The notes: generated by a model not told the origin, from the sequence alone. A stretch of 64,000 nucleotides of DNA from an uncultured Pseudomonadales bacterium (GCA_964633875.1 CAZWKL010000003.1:7849-71848); one strand, 5' to 3'; shown: positions 38,765 through 49,011, counted from the first letter of the stretch. Translations and numbers: made by a program.

Positions 38765-39124
38765 TTACGGGCTGACTTTGCCGGTCGCAGCTTCATTGAT
38801 CGCTTCCCAGCCACCCAAAACGTGCAGGTGGATGTGGCGCACCTCTTGCATTTGCTCGCCTACATTCAGCACCAGTTTGTAGTTGTCGGCGATGCCCTGC
38901 TCTTTGGCCATTTTCCTGGCAACTTGTAACAGACCGGCGTGGAGAGCGGTGTCTTCTAGACTCACTTCTTCCAGAGTGCGGTAGGGTTTTTTAGTAATCA
39001 CCAACAAGTGAATAGGCGCTTGCGGCCGAATGTCTTTGATGACAATAAAATCGTTGTCTTCGTACAAAATGTCAGATTTGATTTCTCCAGCAATAATTTG
39101 AGAAAAAATAGATTTAGCTGCCAT
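38765..39124 (-). CDS. HIT-family (histidine triad) nucleotide hydrolase
   Basis: HIT motif HIHLHVLGG plus N-terminal IFSQIIAGEI. Confidence 0.8.
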   Translation of the reverse strand: MAAKSIFSQIIAGEIKSDILYEDNDFIVIKDIRPQAPIHLLVITKKPYRTLEEVSLEDTALHAGLLQVARKMAKEQGIADNYKLVLNVGEQMQEVRHIHLHVLGGWEAINEAATGKVSP

Positions 39125-40010
39125 AGATGTGCTTAATCATAGCAGAAACTTCCTCGAGTGTTAAGGGCGAGGGTTGTTGGTTGGTGTGTTTGCTGGAGCC
39201 ATTAAGCAGCATTTTGCCACTGGGATGAAAAAACCACTTGCCTTGTTGGTCTTTTTTCTTGATTGCGTGGTAAAGCGGCTCTAGGTCAATCTCAGAGTCG
39301 GGACGAGCTTTAATTCTAATATGCCCTTGTTTGGGATCTTTTCTCACCACCAGTTGATAACCTCTGTTTTGAGCCAACTTAATAGTGTCATCGTTTCTGG
39401 ACTCAATGTAGAGACAACTGATGTTCCCGTGCTTAGCTGTTTTACTCTTTTTTTTGAGAGCCTCGTCGGCTTTGAAGTATTGGACCAGAATGGCATAAGC
39501 GCTATCCAGGCAGGTGAAGCCAAAATGAAGCTGTGAGTCATTATCATGCATTTCCAAAAACTCCAGGCCACGGATGAGGTTGTAGATGGCAAAGCTTTCC
39601 CTGGGAGTGCCGGTTTCCGGCCAATTGATTTCGGCAAAGTGATCGATGTCGGTGATGTAATCGCAAAGATATTGGAGCGGCAGGTTGTCCTTAAGGTTTG
39701 GATCAAGAGAAGTGAGGTAGTCATGCACTAGTGAAGTGGCGCAAAGGTACTGTTTGCCGCGGTCGGGTTGGTGATGGTCAAAGCGCCCGAGGCCAGTGTC
39801 TACATGGGTGACTTCATGGAGTTCCGCCCCAAATTCTCTGGCGGCTTTTAAGCTGATTCTTTCTCCGGGTTCAACAAAGGCTACTTTGGCATCGGCATAA
39901 TTTTTTGCGTCAAACCTTTTGAGGAGCCAAACGGCGCCAATAGCGTCGATGTCAGGCGCGTGATGGGTGACAATAAGTTTTCGGCGGTCCGGCATAATAG
40001 AAGTATACAA
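39114..40010 (-). CDS. DHH-family phosphoesterase (NrnA-like) with C-terminal extension
   Basis: VTHHAPDIDAIGAVWLL (DHH motifs I-II) and ...FDHHQ. Confidence 0.55.
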   Translation of the reverse strand: MYTSIMPDRRKLIVTHHAPDIDAIGAVWLLKRFDAKNYADAKVAFVEPGERISLKAAREFGAELHEVTHVDTGLGRFDHHQPDRGKQYLCATSLVHDYLTSLDPNLKDNLPLQYLCDYITDIDHFAEINWPETGTPRESFAIYNLIRGLEFLEMHDNDSQLHFGFTCLDSAYAILVQYFKADEALKKKSKTAKHGNISCLYIESRNDDTIKLAQNRGYQLVVRKDPKQGHIRIKARPDSEIDLEPLYHAIKKKDQQGKWFFHPSGKMLLNGSSKHTNQQPSPLTLEEVSAMIKHIYGS

Positions 40011-40251
40011 TAATTGCGCAATTAGTTGAAGTGTCGGGCAAAACTAGAACCCGCTGCACCATCCGTATCGTTTACAGATAGGTATGTCGCAGCGGGTGTG
40101 TCCTCACCGGGACGTAGTATCAATTACTATATAAAAAAAACTCAAAAAGACCATCATTAAAAAGGCTTGATGCATACCAATATAATTAATTTCAAGGCGG
40201 AAAAAAAATAAGTATATAAGATCAATTTTTGCCTGGAAATGCAAAATTGCT

Positions 40252-40599
40252 CTACTTTTTTTGGCCGAAAATTCGTTTTGCGCCCCAAACCAACATTCGC
40301 CAGCTCAATTTGAAAGGCAAAGTAAGCAGTTGCCAGAAAATTGGCACCGCGTCTTCTTCACCTCTCACCCAGGCGGAAATGACCAGGGTTTTGTTGGTTT
40401 CTGACAAGTGGGTGGCCACGACGTGATACTTGCGGTCATTGATGGTTTTGATAAAACGGGTGGTGTTGGGTTTGTCCTCGGGCTTGGTCAGCTCCGGCTT
40501 TTGCAAAGTTTGCCAAACTGCCTGCTCAGTGATGTTTCTGTCTTTCATCCTTGCCAGAGCGTGTTTGGTGAAGATCAGGTTTTTGTATGCTGGTGCCAT
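40252..40599 (-). CDS. hypothetical protein (DUF4258-like?)
   Basis: HALARMKDRNITEQAV pattern; low-confidence family guess. Confidence 0.3.
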   Translation of the reverse strand: MAPAYKNLIFTKHALARMKDRNITEQAVWQTLQKPELTKPEDKPNTTRFIKTINDRKYHVVATHLSETNKTLVISAWVRGEEDAVPIFWQLLTLPFKLSWRMLVWGAKRIFGQKK

Positions 40600-40603
40600 G
40601 TTT

Positions 40604-42307
40604 TTAGTGATTTGTGAGCAGGTTTAATAGTTCTGCTGTTGAAACTAGTTGAGTTTCGGCCTCAGACCGTTTTTTGAGTTCAATTTTTTCACCGGTGCGC
40701 TCGGAAACTACCAGCCGGTAGGGAATACCGATTAAATCCGCGACCGCGAACTTTGAGCCGGGTGATTCATCGCGGTCATCCCAAAGCACTTCAATTCCGG
40801 CTTCAGTGAGTTGGTCATGCAAAGCTGCCGCTTTTTCTTCACTGCCACGGAGAGAAATTAAATGCGCCCGGAAAGGAGCGACGCTTTCCGGCCAGATGAT
40901 GCCGTTCTCGTCATGAAACTTTTCCACAATCACACCCATCAGCCTGCTGATGCCGATGCCATAACAACCCATGTAGACACTTTTCTTCTGGCCGTCCGTG
41001 TCGGTGAAAGTGTAGTCAAAGGCCTGGCTGTACTTGGTGCCCAGCGGGAAGATGTTACCAACCTCACTAGCGCGGAAAGTTTCATATTGCGCTCCGGTTT
41101 CCGGATTGAAATCACCATTTTTAACGGTTTTGAGGTCATAAAAAGTTGCCGGTTTTTGGATATCTCGGCCCCACTGAACGTTGATATAGTGAAAATTGGT
41201 TTCGTTGGCGCCGCACTCAAAGTTGTTGATATCGTTGAGCGAATTATCGAGTAGCAACTTAATATTTGCCGGCAAGTTGAGTAGGCCGGCATAACCGGGT
41301 TCAGCGTTGGTAACAGACTTGACCGTTTCCGGATCGGCTAGTTTGATGGCGGCGGCGTTGAGGACGACACGCAATTTTGTTTCATTGATATCGTAGTCAC
41401 CCCTGACAGCCGCGGCTACCAGCTCGCCGCCGCCAGTCTGATAAATCAAAGTTTTAACGCATTGATGCGGAGGAACGTTGAGAAATTCCACCAAGGCGTC
41501 CATGCCGGTGACACCCTTGGTTTCAACTTTTTCCAACTGCCCGTCCGCCGCGGCTTGCTCAGGCTGGGGAGCGCGGCTAGGCGCAATTTCCTGGTTGTAA
41601 GCCAGACCCGATTGAGGATCAAGAAAAACCAAGTCTTCACCGGTTTCACACTTGGTTTGAAACTCATGCGAGAAATTATCCGTAAAAGCGCCGCCGGAGG
41701 CTCGGACTTCATAAGTATCCTCTCCCAGTCCAAGGCGCCGGTAAACGTTCATATAAGCCTCTTTGGTTTGTTCGTAATAATCCATCAAGTCCGCCTCTGA
41801 AGTGTGGAAGCTGTAGAGATCTTTCATCCTGAACTCTCTGCCTCTGAGCAAGCCCGATTTAGCCCGGGCCTCGTTGCGAAACTTGGTTTGAATTTGGTAA
41901 TAAGCAAAAGGAAAATCTTTGTAGCTAGCGCTGAACTTTTGAGCAATAGGCGTGACCACTTCTTCATGGGTGGCATTGAGGATAAATTCTTTGGTGGAAG
42001 TTTGCTGAGATAACTTGTTAGCGCCCGAAGTTTTCATCAAAACATCAAAAGAATCAAGTCTGTCTGTGATTTCCCAGAGTTTTTTGGGAGAAAGCGAGGG
42101 CATCATGATCTCCACCCCGATTTTATCCATTTCTTCCCGGACAACATTTTCAATTTTTCTGAGTACCTTCAATCCAAGCGGCAGAAAACTATAAACGCCG
42201 GCCATGGTTTGGTCGATGAAGCCACCCTGAATAAGATAAGTGGCATTGACGGAATCAAAATCTTTAGCCGATTTTTCCGTTTTGGTATGAAGTTTTGAGT
42301 ATCTCAT
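40604..42307 (-). CDS. proS: prolyl-tRNA synthetase (bacterial type)
   Basis: MRYSKLHTKTEKSAKDFDSVNATYLIQGGFIDQTMAGVYSFLPLG... plus class II motifs and a C-terminal anticodon-binding domain. Start adjusted to the MRYSKL Met. Confidence 0.9.
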   Translation of the reverse strand: MRYSKLHTKTEKSAKDFDSVNATYLIQGGFIDQTMAGVYSFLPLGLKVLRKIENVVREEMDKIGVEIMMPSLSPKKLWEITDRLDSFDVLMKTSGANKLSQQTSTKEFILNATHEEVVTPIAQKFSASYKDFPFAYYQIQTKFRNEARAKSGLLRGREFRMKDLYSFHTSEADLMDYYEQTKEAYMNVYRRLGLGEDTYEVRASGGAFTDNFSHEFQTKCETGEDLVFLDPQSGLAYNQEIAPSRAPQPEQAAADGQLEKVETKGVTGMDALVEFLNVPPHQCVKTLIYQTGGGELVAAAVRGDYDINETKLRVVLNAAAIKLADPETVKSVTNAEPGYAGLLNLPANIKLLLDNSLNDINNFECGANETNFHYINVQWGRDIQKPATFYDLKTVKNGDFNPETGAQYETFRASEVGNIFPLGTKYSQAFDYTFTDTDGQKKSVYMGCYGIGISRLMGVIVEKFHDENGIIWPESVAPFRAHLISLRGSEEKAAALHDQLTEAGIEVLWDDRDESPGSKFAVADLIGIPYRLVVSERTGEKIELKKRSEAETQLVSTAELLNLLTNH

Positions 42308-42354
42308 TTTTCCTCTTTTTTGTAGTTTGCTGTGCTGTAATGTTCCAATAACTG

Positions 42355-43260
42355 CTAAAGCCATTTTTTGAGCGCCTCACTGAAAATAGCGCTGCAATCC
42401 AGGACTGCAATTTTCTTGTTGAGCTGTTCATGAGCAATTGAGTTGGTGATGACAATTTTGTTGAGATCGGAACTGACAATTTTTTCCAAAGAGCCTGGTA
42501 TAAACACCCCATGGGTAGCAAAAAAGTAGACTTCTTTGGCGCCATTGGCCTTGAGTAGCGAAGCCGACTCGATGGCGGTACTGCCTGACAAAATAAGGTC
42601 GTCAAGAATAATAACATTTTTGTTTGCCACATTGCCGTGAACGTCTACAGCAGTCACTTCACCGGTGCTGTAGCTCCTGTGTTTGTCGATATTGACCAAG
42701 TCTAAGCCCAGTTGAGTGGCAAAAACTCTGGCTCGTTTCAAGCCACCGAAATCAGGACTGGCGATGACAGTATTTTTTAGATCAATTTTGTCTTTGGCGT
42801 AATCGGCAAACAAATTTTGGGCAGAAAGATGTTGGCTCGGGATAGAGAAAAATCCAGGAGTGCTGGTGTTGTGCAGGTCCAGCAGAAAAACGCGGTTGGT
42901 ATAGGAATTAGAAACCAGGTTGGCCACGACTTTGGCGGCGATGGGTTCGCCTCCCCGGAAAACTTTGTCTTGCAGTGAGTAACCCATCCAGGGAAGGACA
43001 AGATTAATGTTTCTGGCGCCCGCCCGCTCGAAAGCGTCGGCCAGGAGCAGAAATTCCAGAATGTGTTGGTCGGTGGGCTTGGAAAAAGATTGAATCACGG
43101 CGATATCTTGACCATTAACATCTTCACGGATGTGGATGCGGCGCTCGTCGTTGGGAAAATCGGTTAGATCAATATCAATCAATTTAGTGTTGAGTTGTTG
43201 GGCGATTTTTTCCGCCAGTTTGGGATTTGAAGATCCGGCAGCAATTTTCATAGAATTCAT
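42355..43260 (-). CDS. prs: ribose-phosphate pyrophosphokinase
   Basis: IAAGSSNPKLAEKIAQQL..., PRPP-binding loop (ILDDLILSGSTAIESA), 301 aa. Confidence 0.85.
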   Translation of the reverse strand: MNSMKIAAGSSNPKLAEKIAQQLNTKLIDIDLTDFPNDERRIHIREDVNGQDIAVIQSFSKPTDQHILEFLLLADAFERAGARNINLVLPWMGYSLQDKVFRGGEPIAAKVVANLVSNSYTNRVFLLDLHNTSTPGFFSIPSQHLSAQNLFADYAKDKIDLKNTVIASPDFGGLKRARVFATQLGLDLVNIDKHRSYSTGEVTAVDVHGNVANKNVIILDDLILSGSTAIESASLLKANGAKEVYFFATHGVFIPGSLEKIVSSDLNKIVITNSIAHEQLNKKIAVLDCSAIFSEALKKWL

Positions 43261-43272
43261 AATTATTCTATT

Positions 43273-46236
43273 TTACCCTCGATGCTCTGGCGCGTCTATG
43301 AGACCGCACTTTTTGTACTTCAGGCCGGAACCGCACGGACAGGGGTCGTTGCGCCTAATTTTTTCTTTTTTGATGCCCGGCTGTGGTTTGCTGGGGTTGA
43401 TAGTGGCGGTTTTGAGGGCGGCAGCCAGATCGTTAACGGAACCTTGGGTGTTTTGTGGCGGCGGAGCTGTTTTTGGGGTCACGGCCTCGACTTCTTCAGC
43501 CAGGCTGCCGCCCCCTAGCTCCTCTTTTTGTGCTACTGCCTGATTCAAAATATCTACCTGAGGAGGAGGCGCTGAAAGCTGCGCCCGGTACAGCCGGTTG
43601 GCGATGGTGGCCTCGATGGAGTTGATCAACTCCTCAAACATGGCATAAGCTTCTTTACGGTACTCACTCAAAGCGGTGCGCTTATCACCTCTGAGCCAAA
43701 TACCCTGCCTGAGCGAGTCCATGGAATCGAGATGATCCATCCATTTTTCATCCAAAGTGGAAAGGGTGACGATTCTTTCCAGGGCGCGCATTTGTTCGCT
43801 GCCGAGCGCTTTTTCTTTTGACTCGTAAGTTTTCAAGGCAATATTAGTCAAGCGCTCCCTGATTTGATCCGTATCAGCCAGCTTACTAACCTCAGTGGTC
43901 AGCTGATTTTGTGAAGTTTGGTCAAAAGGAATCAATTTGTTGAACTCATTCACCAGCGTGTCGTATTCCTGATCTGAGTACTCTACTGGTGCGTGCAAAT
44001 TGACGATGGAGTTGACTTCATCTTGGATATAGCTAATAACTTGATCATGAAGAGTTTCGCCTGTGGGGTGGTCTTGAGCTTCAGTTTTTTCCGCAATTGA
44101 GGCTTGTTCAAGCAAACGGCGGCGGCGGTCGTAAATGATCTCGCGCTGCTTATTCATGACATCGTCGTACTCTACCAAGCGCTTGCGTTGGTCAAAGAAA
44201 AAGCCTTCCACCTTGACCTGAGCGGACTCAATTGACTTACCCACCATGCCGTGTTCAATCGGCTGATTTTCGTCAATTTTGAGCATGTCCATGATTTTGG
44301 CAATTTGCTCACCACCGAAAATGCGCATAATTTCATCTTCAAGTGAAACAAAGAATTGCGAAGAGCCTGGGTCGCCTTGGCGGCCGGCACGGCCTCGAAG
44401 CTGGTTGTCAATACGCCGGGATTCGTGGCGTTCGGTGCCAATGATATGCAAACCGCCGGCCGCCACTACTTCCTCATGCGCCCGGCGCCAATCCATCAGC
44501 GCTTGGGCATACTTTTCTATCTCGTAATTGTTGGGATTGAGTGAGGGCGGCAATCTCAGGTTCAGCTTTTCAATTTTATCTTGCAGCGCCTTACTCACCT
44601 GCCGGCGATTGGAAGGTTTTTCTTTACGAAAATCTTTAATTTCCGGCTTAGAACCACCCAAAACGATGTCCACTCCACGCCCGGCAATATTAGTAGCTAC
44701 AGTAATGGCGCCGCTCTTGCCGGCGTCGGCGATAATAAAGGCCTCTTTTTCGTTATTCTTGGCGTTGAGAACCTCATGCTTCACCCCGCGGCGCCGCAAA
44801 AAATCCGCCATCATCTGGTTGTGCTCAATTGAGCGGGTACCAATCAAAATCGGCCTGCCCTCTTGGTGAATCCGTTCTACTTCAGCAGCAATGGCGGTAT
44901 ACTTGGCACTGGCAGTTTTATAAACTATGTCCGAGTGATCTTCCCTCACTACATCTTGGTTGGTGGGTACTGCCAAAACATCCAGTTCGTAAATTTCCTT
45001 AAACTCCTCCGCTTCAGTCAAAGCCGTACCAGTCATACCGCTCAACTTTTTGTACAGTCTAAAGTAATTCTGAATGGAAATAGTCGCCAAGGTTCTGGAT
45101 TCCTGTTGAATTTTCACGCCCTCTTTGGCCTCAATGGCCTGGTGTAAACCATCGGAGTAGCGCCGGCCATACATCAGGCGGCCGGTGTGTTCATCCACAA
45201 TCACCACTTCTCCTTCGCGGACAATATAATCTTTGTCGCGGGTGAAAATGGTTTTAGCTTTAAGCGCTGCCTCAATATGATGAATAATGTCAAAACTTTC
45301 CTCGTATAAATTCCCCACCCCCAACTTTTGTTCAATCCTCTTGACTCCCAAGTCCGTAAGCGTCACCGCTCTGGCCTTTTCATCCACCTTGTAATCTTGA
45401 TCTTTAGTCAAAGACTCAACCATTTTCGAGTACTCGTAGTACTTAGAAGTCGGCTCAGTATCAGGTGCGGAGATAATCAGCGGCGTTCTGGCCTCATCAA
45501 TCAAAATCGAGTCCGCCTCATCGACGATGGTGAAATGGTGCGGCGTATCCTGCCTTTGCACCAGCTGCTCAATCGCCTGCACCATGTTATCGCGCAGATA
45601 ATCAAAGCCAAACTCATTGTTGGTGCCGTAGGTAATGTCCGCCAAATAAGCAGCTTTTCTGGAAATTTCCTCGAAATGTTCCAGCCGCTCGTCACCCCTG
45701 ATCTCGCTATCTGCATCAGGATTGTATAGTCTGGAGCGATCATGAATAATCACCGCCGAGGAAAGGCCTAAAAAGTGATAAATCGGCCCCATCCAGCCCA
45801 CGCCCAACTCAGCCAAGTAATCATTCACAGTAATTAAATGCACACCTTTACCAAGTAGCGCATTGAGATACAGCGGCGCGGTGACAGTCAGGGTTTTACC
45901 CTCACCGGTTTTCTGCTCGGTAATAGTGCCGTGATGCAGGGCAATGCCCGCCAACAACTGCACGTCGTAATGGCGCATGCCGTTGATGCGCCGTGAGGCC
46001 TCCCTGACAGTAGCAAAAGCTTCCGGTAGCAAATCATCCAAGATAGCTTCATCTGCTTGTCCGTTTTTGCGGGCGGTTTCAATCTGCTGTTTAAATTTTT
46101 TAGTCTGGGCTGCCAGTTTTTCATCGGACAGCTTTTTGATTTTAGGCTCCAAATTGTTAATTTCATCAACAATTTTGCCGTACTCATTGAGGCGCTTTTT
46201 ATTTTCGTCAAAAAGATCAGCAAAAATCTTCAACAT
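43273..46236 (-). CDS. secA: preprotein translocase ATPase SecA
   Basis: Full SecA architecture including C-terminal zinc finger CPCGSGLKYKKC; DEAD motor motifs (TGEGKT, DEADS). Confidence 0.95.
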   Translation of the reverse strand: MLKIFADLFDENKKRLNEYGKIVDEINNLEPKIKKLSDEKLAAQTKKFKQQIETARKNGQADEAILDDLLPEAFATVREASRRINGMRHYDVQLLAGIALHHGTITEQKTGEGKTLTVTAPLYLNALLGKGVHLITVNDYLAELGVGWMGPIYHFLGLSSAVIIHDRSRLYNPDADSEIRGDERLEHFEEISRKAAYLADITYGTNNEFGFDYLRDNMVQAIEQLVQRQDTPHHFTIVDEADSILIDEARTPLIISAPDTEPTSKYYEYSKMVESLTKDQDYKVDEKARAVTLTDLGVKRIEQKLGVGNLYEESFDIIHHIEAALKAKTIFTRDKDYIVREGEVVIVDEHTGRLMYGRRYSDGLHQAIEAKEGVKIQQESRTLATISIQNYFRLYKKLSGMTGTALTEAEEFKEIYELDVLAVPTNQDVVREDHSDIVYKTASAKYTAIAAEVERIHQEGRPILIGTRSIEHNQMMADFLRRRGVKHEVLNAKNNEKEAFIIADAGKSGAITVATNIAGRGVDIVLGGSKPEIKDFRKEKPSNRRQVSKALQDKIEKLNLRLPPSLNPNNYEIEKYAQALMDWRRAHEEVVAAGGLHIIGTERHESRRIDNQLRGRAGRQGDPGSSQFFVSLEDEIMRIFGGEQIAKIMDMLKIDENQPIEHGMVGKSIESAQVKVEGFFFDQRKRLVEYDDVMNKQREIIYDRRRRLLEQASIAEKTEAQDHPTGETLHDQVISYIQDEVNSIVNLHAPVEYSDQEYDTLVNEFNKLIPFDQTSQNQLTTEVSKLADTDQIRERLTNIALKTYESKEKALGSEQMRALERIVTLSTLDEKWMDHLDSMDSLRQGIWLRGDKRTALSEYRKEAYAMFEELINSIEATIANRLYRAQLSAPPPQVDILNQAVAQKEELGGGSLAEEVEAVTPKTAPPPQNTQGSVNDLAAALKTATINPSKPQPGIKKEKIRRNDPCPCGSGLKYKKCGLIDAPEHRG

Positions 46237-46594
46237 AGGTGTATGTTATACCAGAAAAAGGGGTATTGCGCGAGGTCTTTTTGGCGGTAAAGTGGCAAGA
46301 ATGCTAAATAATGCAAGTAATTAAAATTATAGGTTTAAATTGAGGTATAATATAAGCTGGGAACACGGCGGAAGCCGTGGCTCTTTAAAAAGAGGTCGGG
46401 AAAAAACCTCCTATGGGCAGCGAGGGTAGCGCTGCCATTAAACAAAGTCTACCCCGTGGGCTATATCCGGCAATTGAGCCGGAACCCCGCGTGCCGCCAA
46501 CGCTCTTCGTTTCTCCAATTGCTGGAGTCATGAGGAGCGAACTAAGGGTTAGCCGCAAGGCGCCCGAGGCGAGTCTGAAAAGGAGGTGAAAAAA

Positions 46595-46762
46595 TGAAGG
46601 TAGGATGCGCTGTGACAATGACGGCGTCCCTAGTGGTCGCCATCATTGCCATAATCGCGGGATTCATCACAGGATCTCGCGAGCTGCTACTGGTAGGAGT
46701 AGCAGCTTTCGCCACATTTGCCGCCACCGCAATGGTGGCGGATATGTGGTTTTTGGACGAGT
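46595..46762 (+). CDS. possible 55 aa small membrane protein (unlisted short ORF)
   Basis: Strong SD AAAGGAGGTG 7 nt before ATG. MKVGCAVTMTASLVVAIIAIIAGFITGSRELLLVGVAAFATFAATAMVADMWFLDE shows two hydrophobic helices. Confidence 0.3.
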
Positions 46763-46793
46763 GACTTTTCCCGGCCTCTTGTCCTTTTATCCT

Positions 46794-48074
46794 TTAGCCT
46801 TTAGCCTTAATTTCCTTCTTCCCCACATACTTCTGCAACACCTTCGGCACCTTCACGCTACCGTCCTTCTGCTGGTAGTTTTCCACAATGGCCGCCAGCA
46901 AACGCGGTGAAGCCGCCATAGTGTTGTTAAGCGTGTAAACATACTTAGTGGTGCCATCCTGAGCCTGGTACTTGATATTCAGCCGGCGGGATTGGAAAGC
47001 GTTGAAGTAACTGGCAGAATGGGTTTCCCGGTACTTTTCTTGGGCCGGAAACCAAGTTTCCAGGTCATATTTTTTGCGTTGCCCCGCCCCCATATCGCCG
47101 GTGCACATCAGCAGTTTCTGATATGGCAATTGAAGCTCTTTGAGCATCTCCTCGGCGTAACCGGTCATTTTTTCGTGCCACTCTCTGGTTTCGTTTTCGT
47201 TGGCGACGGTATAAACCACCTGCTCCACCTTATTAAACTGATGCACTCGGACAATTCCCTGCGTGTCTTTGCCATGAGAGCCGACTTCTCGCCTGAAACA
47301 CGGAGAAATTCCCACCAACTTGATGGGTAAATCTTTTTCTTTCAAAATCTCATCTTTGTGGTAGGCAGTTAAAGCCACCTCGGCCGTGCCAGTCAGATAT
47401 TGGCCGTCTTGGGTTTTGTAATGATCTTCCGCGCCCCAGGGGAAATAGCCGGTGCCCCACATGGTTTCTTCCTGAACCAACACTGGTGCACTCATCGGCT
47501 TGAAGCCCTCATCAATCAGCTTTTTCAAAGCATAATTCATGAGCGCTTGTTCAAGGAGCAGCCCATCGCCAGTGAGAAAATAGGACCTGAAGCCGGCAAT
47601 TCTCACTGCTCGCCCAATCTCCAGCATGCCCAAATTTTCCATCAATTGGTGATGGGGCTTGGGTTTAAAGTCAAACTGAGGAATTTTGCCATGTTGCTCA
47701 GCAACGACATTGCCGCTCTCGTCCGGACCAATCGGCACATCAGCGGCCGGCACGTTGGGGATGTACATCATTAGCTCTTCAAAATCTGTCTCGGCGTTTT
47801 TGAGTTCCGGCTCGATTTTTTTCAGTTGTTCTTTGATATTTTTGCCAGCGGTAATCAGGTCGCTGGTGGGATCCTTGCCCGCCTGGATTAGGGCCTTGAT
47901 TTCCTTGGCGTTATCGTTGCTTTGTTGCCTGAGTTTGTCGACTTTTTGCTGGATTTCGCGGCGCTTTTCATCCACTTCCAGAAGTTTATCGACAGCTCCG
48001 GTATCAAGCTGCTTGTCTAGGCAGGCTTTTTTGACAATGTCGGTGTTGTTTCTGATGTAGGTAATGCTTAACAT
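46794..48074 (-). CDS. serS: seryl-tRNA synthetase
   Basis: MLSITYIRNN... N-terminal coiled coil and class II core (...FRREVGSHGKDTQGIVRVHQF...). Start adjusted to the MLSITY Met. Confidence 0.9.
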   Translation of the reverse strand: MLSITYIRNNTDIVKKACLDKQLDTGAVDKLLEVDEKRREIQQKVDKLRQQSNDNAKEIKALIQAGKDPTSDLITAGKNIKEQLKKIEPELKNAETDFEELMMYIPNVPAADVPIGPDESGNVVAEQHGKIPQFDFKPKPHHQLMENLGMLEIGRAVRIAGFRSYFLTGDGLLLEQALMNYALKKLIDEGFKPMSAPVLVQEETMWGTGYFPWGAEDHYKTQDGQYLTGTAEVALTAYHKDEILKEKDLPIKLVGISPCFRREVGSHGKDTQGIVRVHQFNKVEQVVYTVANENETREWHEKMTGYAEEMLKELQLPYQKLLMCTGDMGAGQRKKYDLETWFPAQEKYRETHSASYFNAFQSRRLNIKYQAQDGTTKYVYTLNNTMAASPRLLAAIVENYQQKDGSVKVPKVLQKYVGKKEIKAKG

Positions 48075-48122
48075 TTTGTTTTTCCTTTCGCACAATTAAT
48101 ATAACTGTAACTGATAGAGCAT

Positions 48123-48300
48123 AAAAAAACCTCTAACAAGCACCCCTGAGGATGTTTGTTAGAGGGTCTTCTGACGGTGCCACCTCTAATTTAGCTTCAT
48201 TCCGGCTGTTACGGGCTTACCCGTCCCGGTTGTGACCCCGAGAAGCGCGCCGCTTTGCGAAAGCGGACTCGGCAGTTGCTAACTGTCTCACGCGCTGATA
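48123..48300 (-). promoter_or_regulatory. T-box riboswitch leader of serS (probable Ser specifier) with intrinsic terminator
   Basis: Minus-strand read gives GCGCGUGAGACAG... (stem I with GA motif), GAGUCC (AGU/UCC Ser codons in a loop context), the conserved T-box AAUUAGAGGUGGCACCGUC, then terminator CCUCUAACAA...UUGUUAGAGG followed by UUUUUUU, immediately upstream of serS. Confidence 0.6.
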
Positions 48301-48377
48301 ATAAAAAGTAATTATATAGGAATTTGGCTGGGAAGTAAAATTGTGTATTGTGTAAACACGTTGTGGACACTTTAGAT

Positions 48378-48466
48378 CCAGTCTGCTTTGCCACCACTAC
48401 TTGGACTTTGTTAATAGTTAACAACATTTACTAGCTGTTGTTAGTTCTTGTTAATAGTTAACAAAC
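48378..48466. repeat. 89 bp repeat element, copy B (perfect inverted copy of 14277..14365)
   Basis: 100% identity to the reverse complement of copy A. Lies about 280 nt upstream of serS, in the same orientation relative to serS as copy A has relative to the PEBP-family gene. Confidence 0.9.
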
Positions 48467-48591
48467 CTGAAGTGACTTTATTGTGTGAGTTTGTTGAGAA
48501 ATCAAACATCACCCAATAAAAGTATTGGTGGGTTAGAGATTTATGGGGAAAGATGAAAAAGATGAACCCCCGGTACTGGCTTACCGGGGGT

Positions 48592-49011
48592 TCAAGCTAG
48601 GCTTTGGGGCCGGGGGGAGTTGGTAGGGGCGGTGGCCCCTCCTCCAACTTCGCCCCCGGCCCGAAAGGGCCGATTTGTAGGCTGCCGCCATGGGCGCGGC
48701 AGCCTACGTGAACGAGGGCGGCTTCGCTCTTGTCGAGCGACCAGCCGCCCTCCGAGGCGGTGTTGGGGGTGGCCACACAAAGGTGCCACCCCCCCGACGG
48801 TGACCCGCACCCCGCCGTTCGGCAGGGTGCGGGCCTGAACAAAGTAGGCCCGGTCGCCATCGACGACCAGGCCTTTAAAGTTTTCAGGGAGAGGCAGCCA
48901 GACCTCTCCCTCAATTTGGGCCTCCAGGTTGCTCCGCAGCAACCCGAAGACCCCTACTACGAGGAGGGCTGCTATTAAGAACAGCAGCCCTCCTCCGATA
49001 CCCTTAACCAT
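48592..49011 (-). CDS. hypothetical membrane-anchored protein encoded in an anomalously GC-rich segment
   Basis: ORF with SD GGAGAAAAAATG. MVKGIGGGLLFLIAALLVVGVFGL (TM), then ...VVDGDRAYFVQARTLPNGGVRVTVGG.... Local GC is about 65% against about 48% for the window. The C-terminal half may be frameshifted. Confidence 0.3.
   Translation of the reverse strand: MVKGIGGGLLFLIAALLVVGVFGLLRSNLEAQIEGEVWLPLPENFKGLVVDGDRAYFVQARTLPNGGVRVTVGGVAPLCGHPQHRLGGRLVARQERSRPRSRRLPRPWRQPTNRPFRAGGEVGGGATAPTNSPRPQSLA

Noticed and set aside
40030-40120. Hairpin CCCGCTGC...GCAGCGGG upstream of the DHH gene as a possible small RNA
   Set aside because: Single imperfect stem with a large unstructured loop and no flanking terminator; more likely promoter-region secondary structure.
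48209-48427. 72 aa minus-strand ORF
   Set aside because: Overlaps the serS T-box leader and the 89 bp repeat; the RNA-element explanation fits better.
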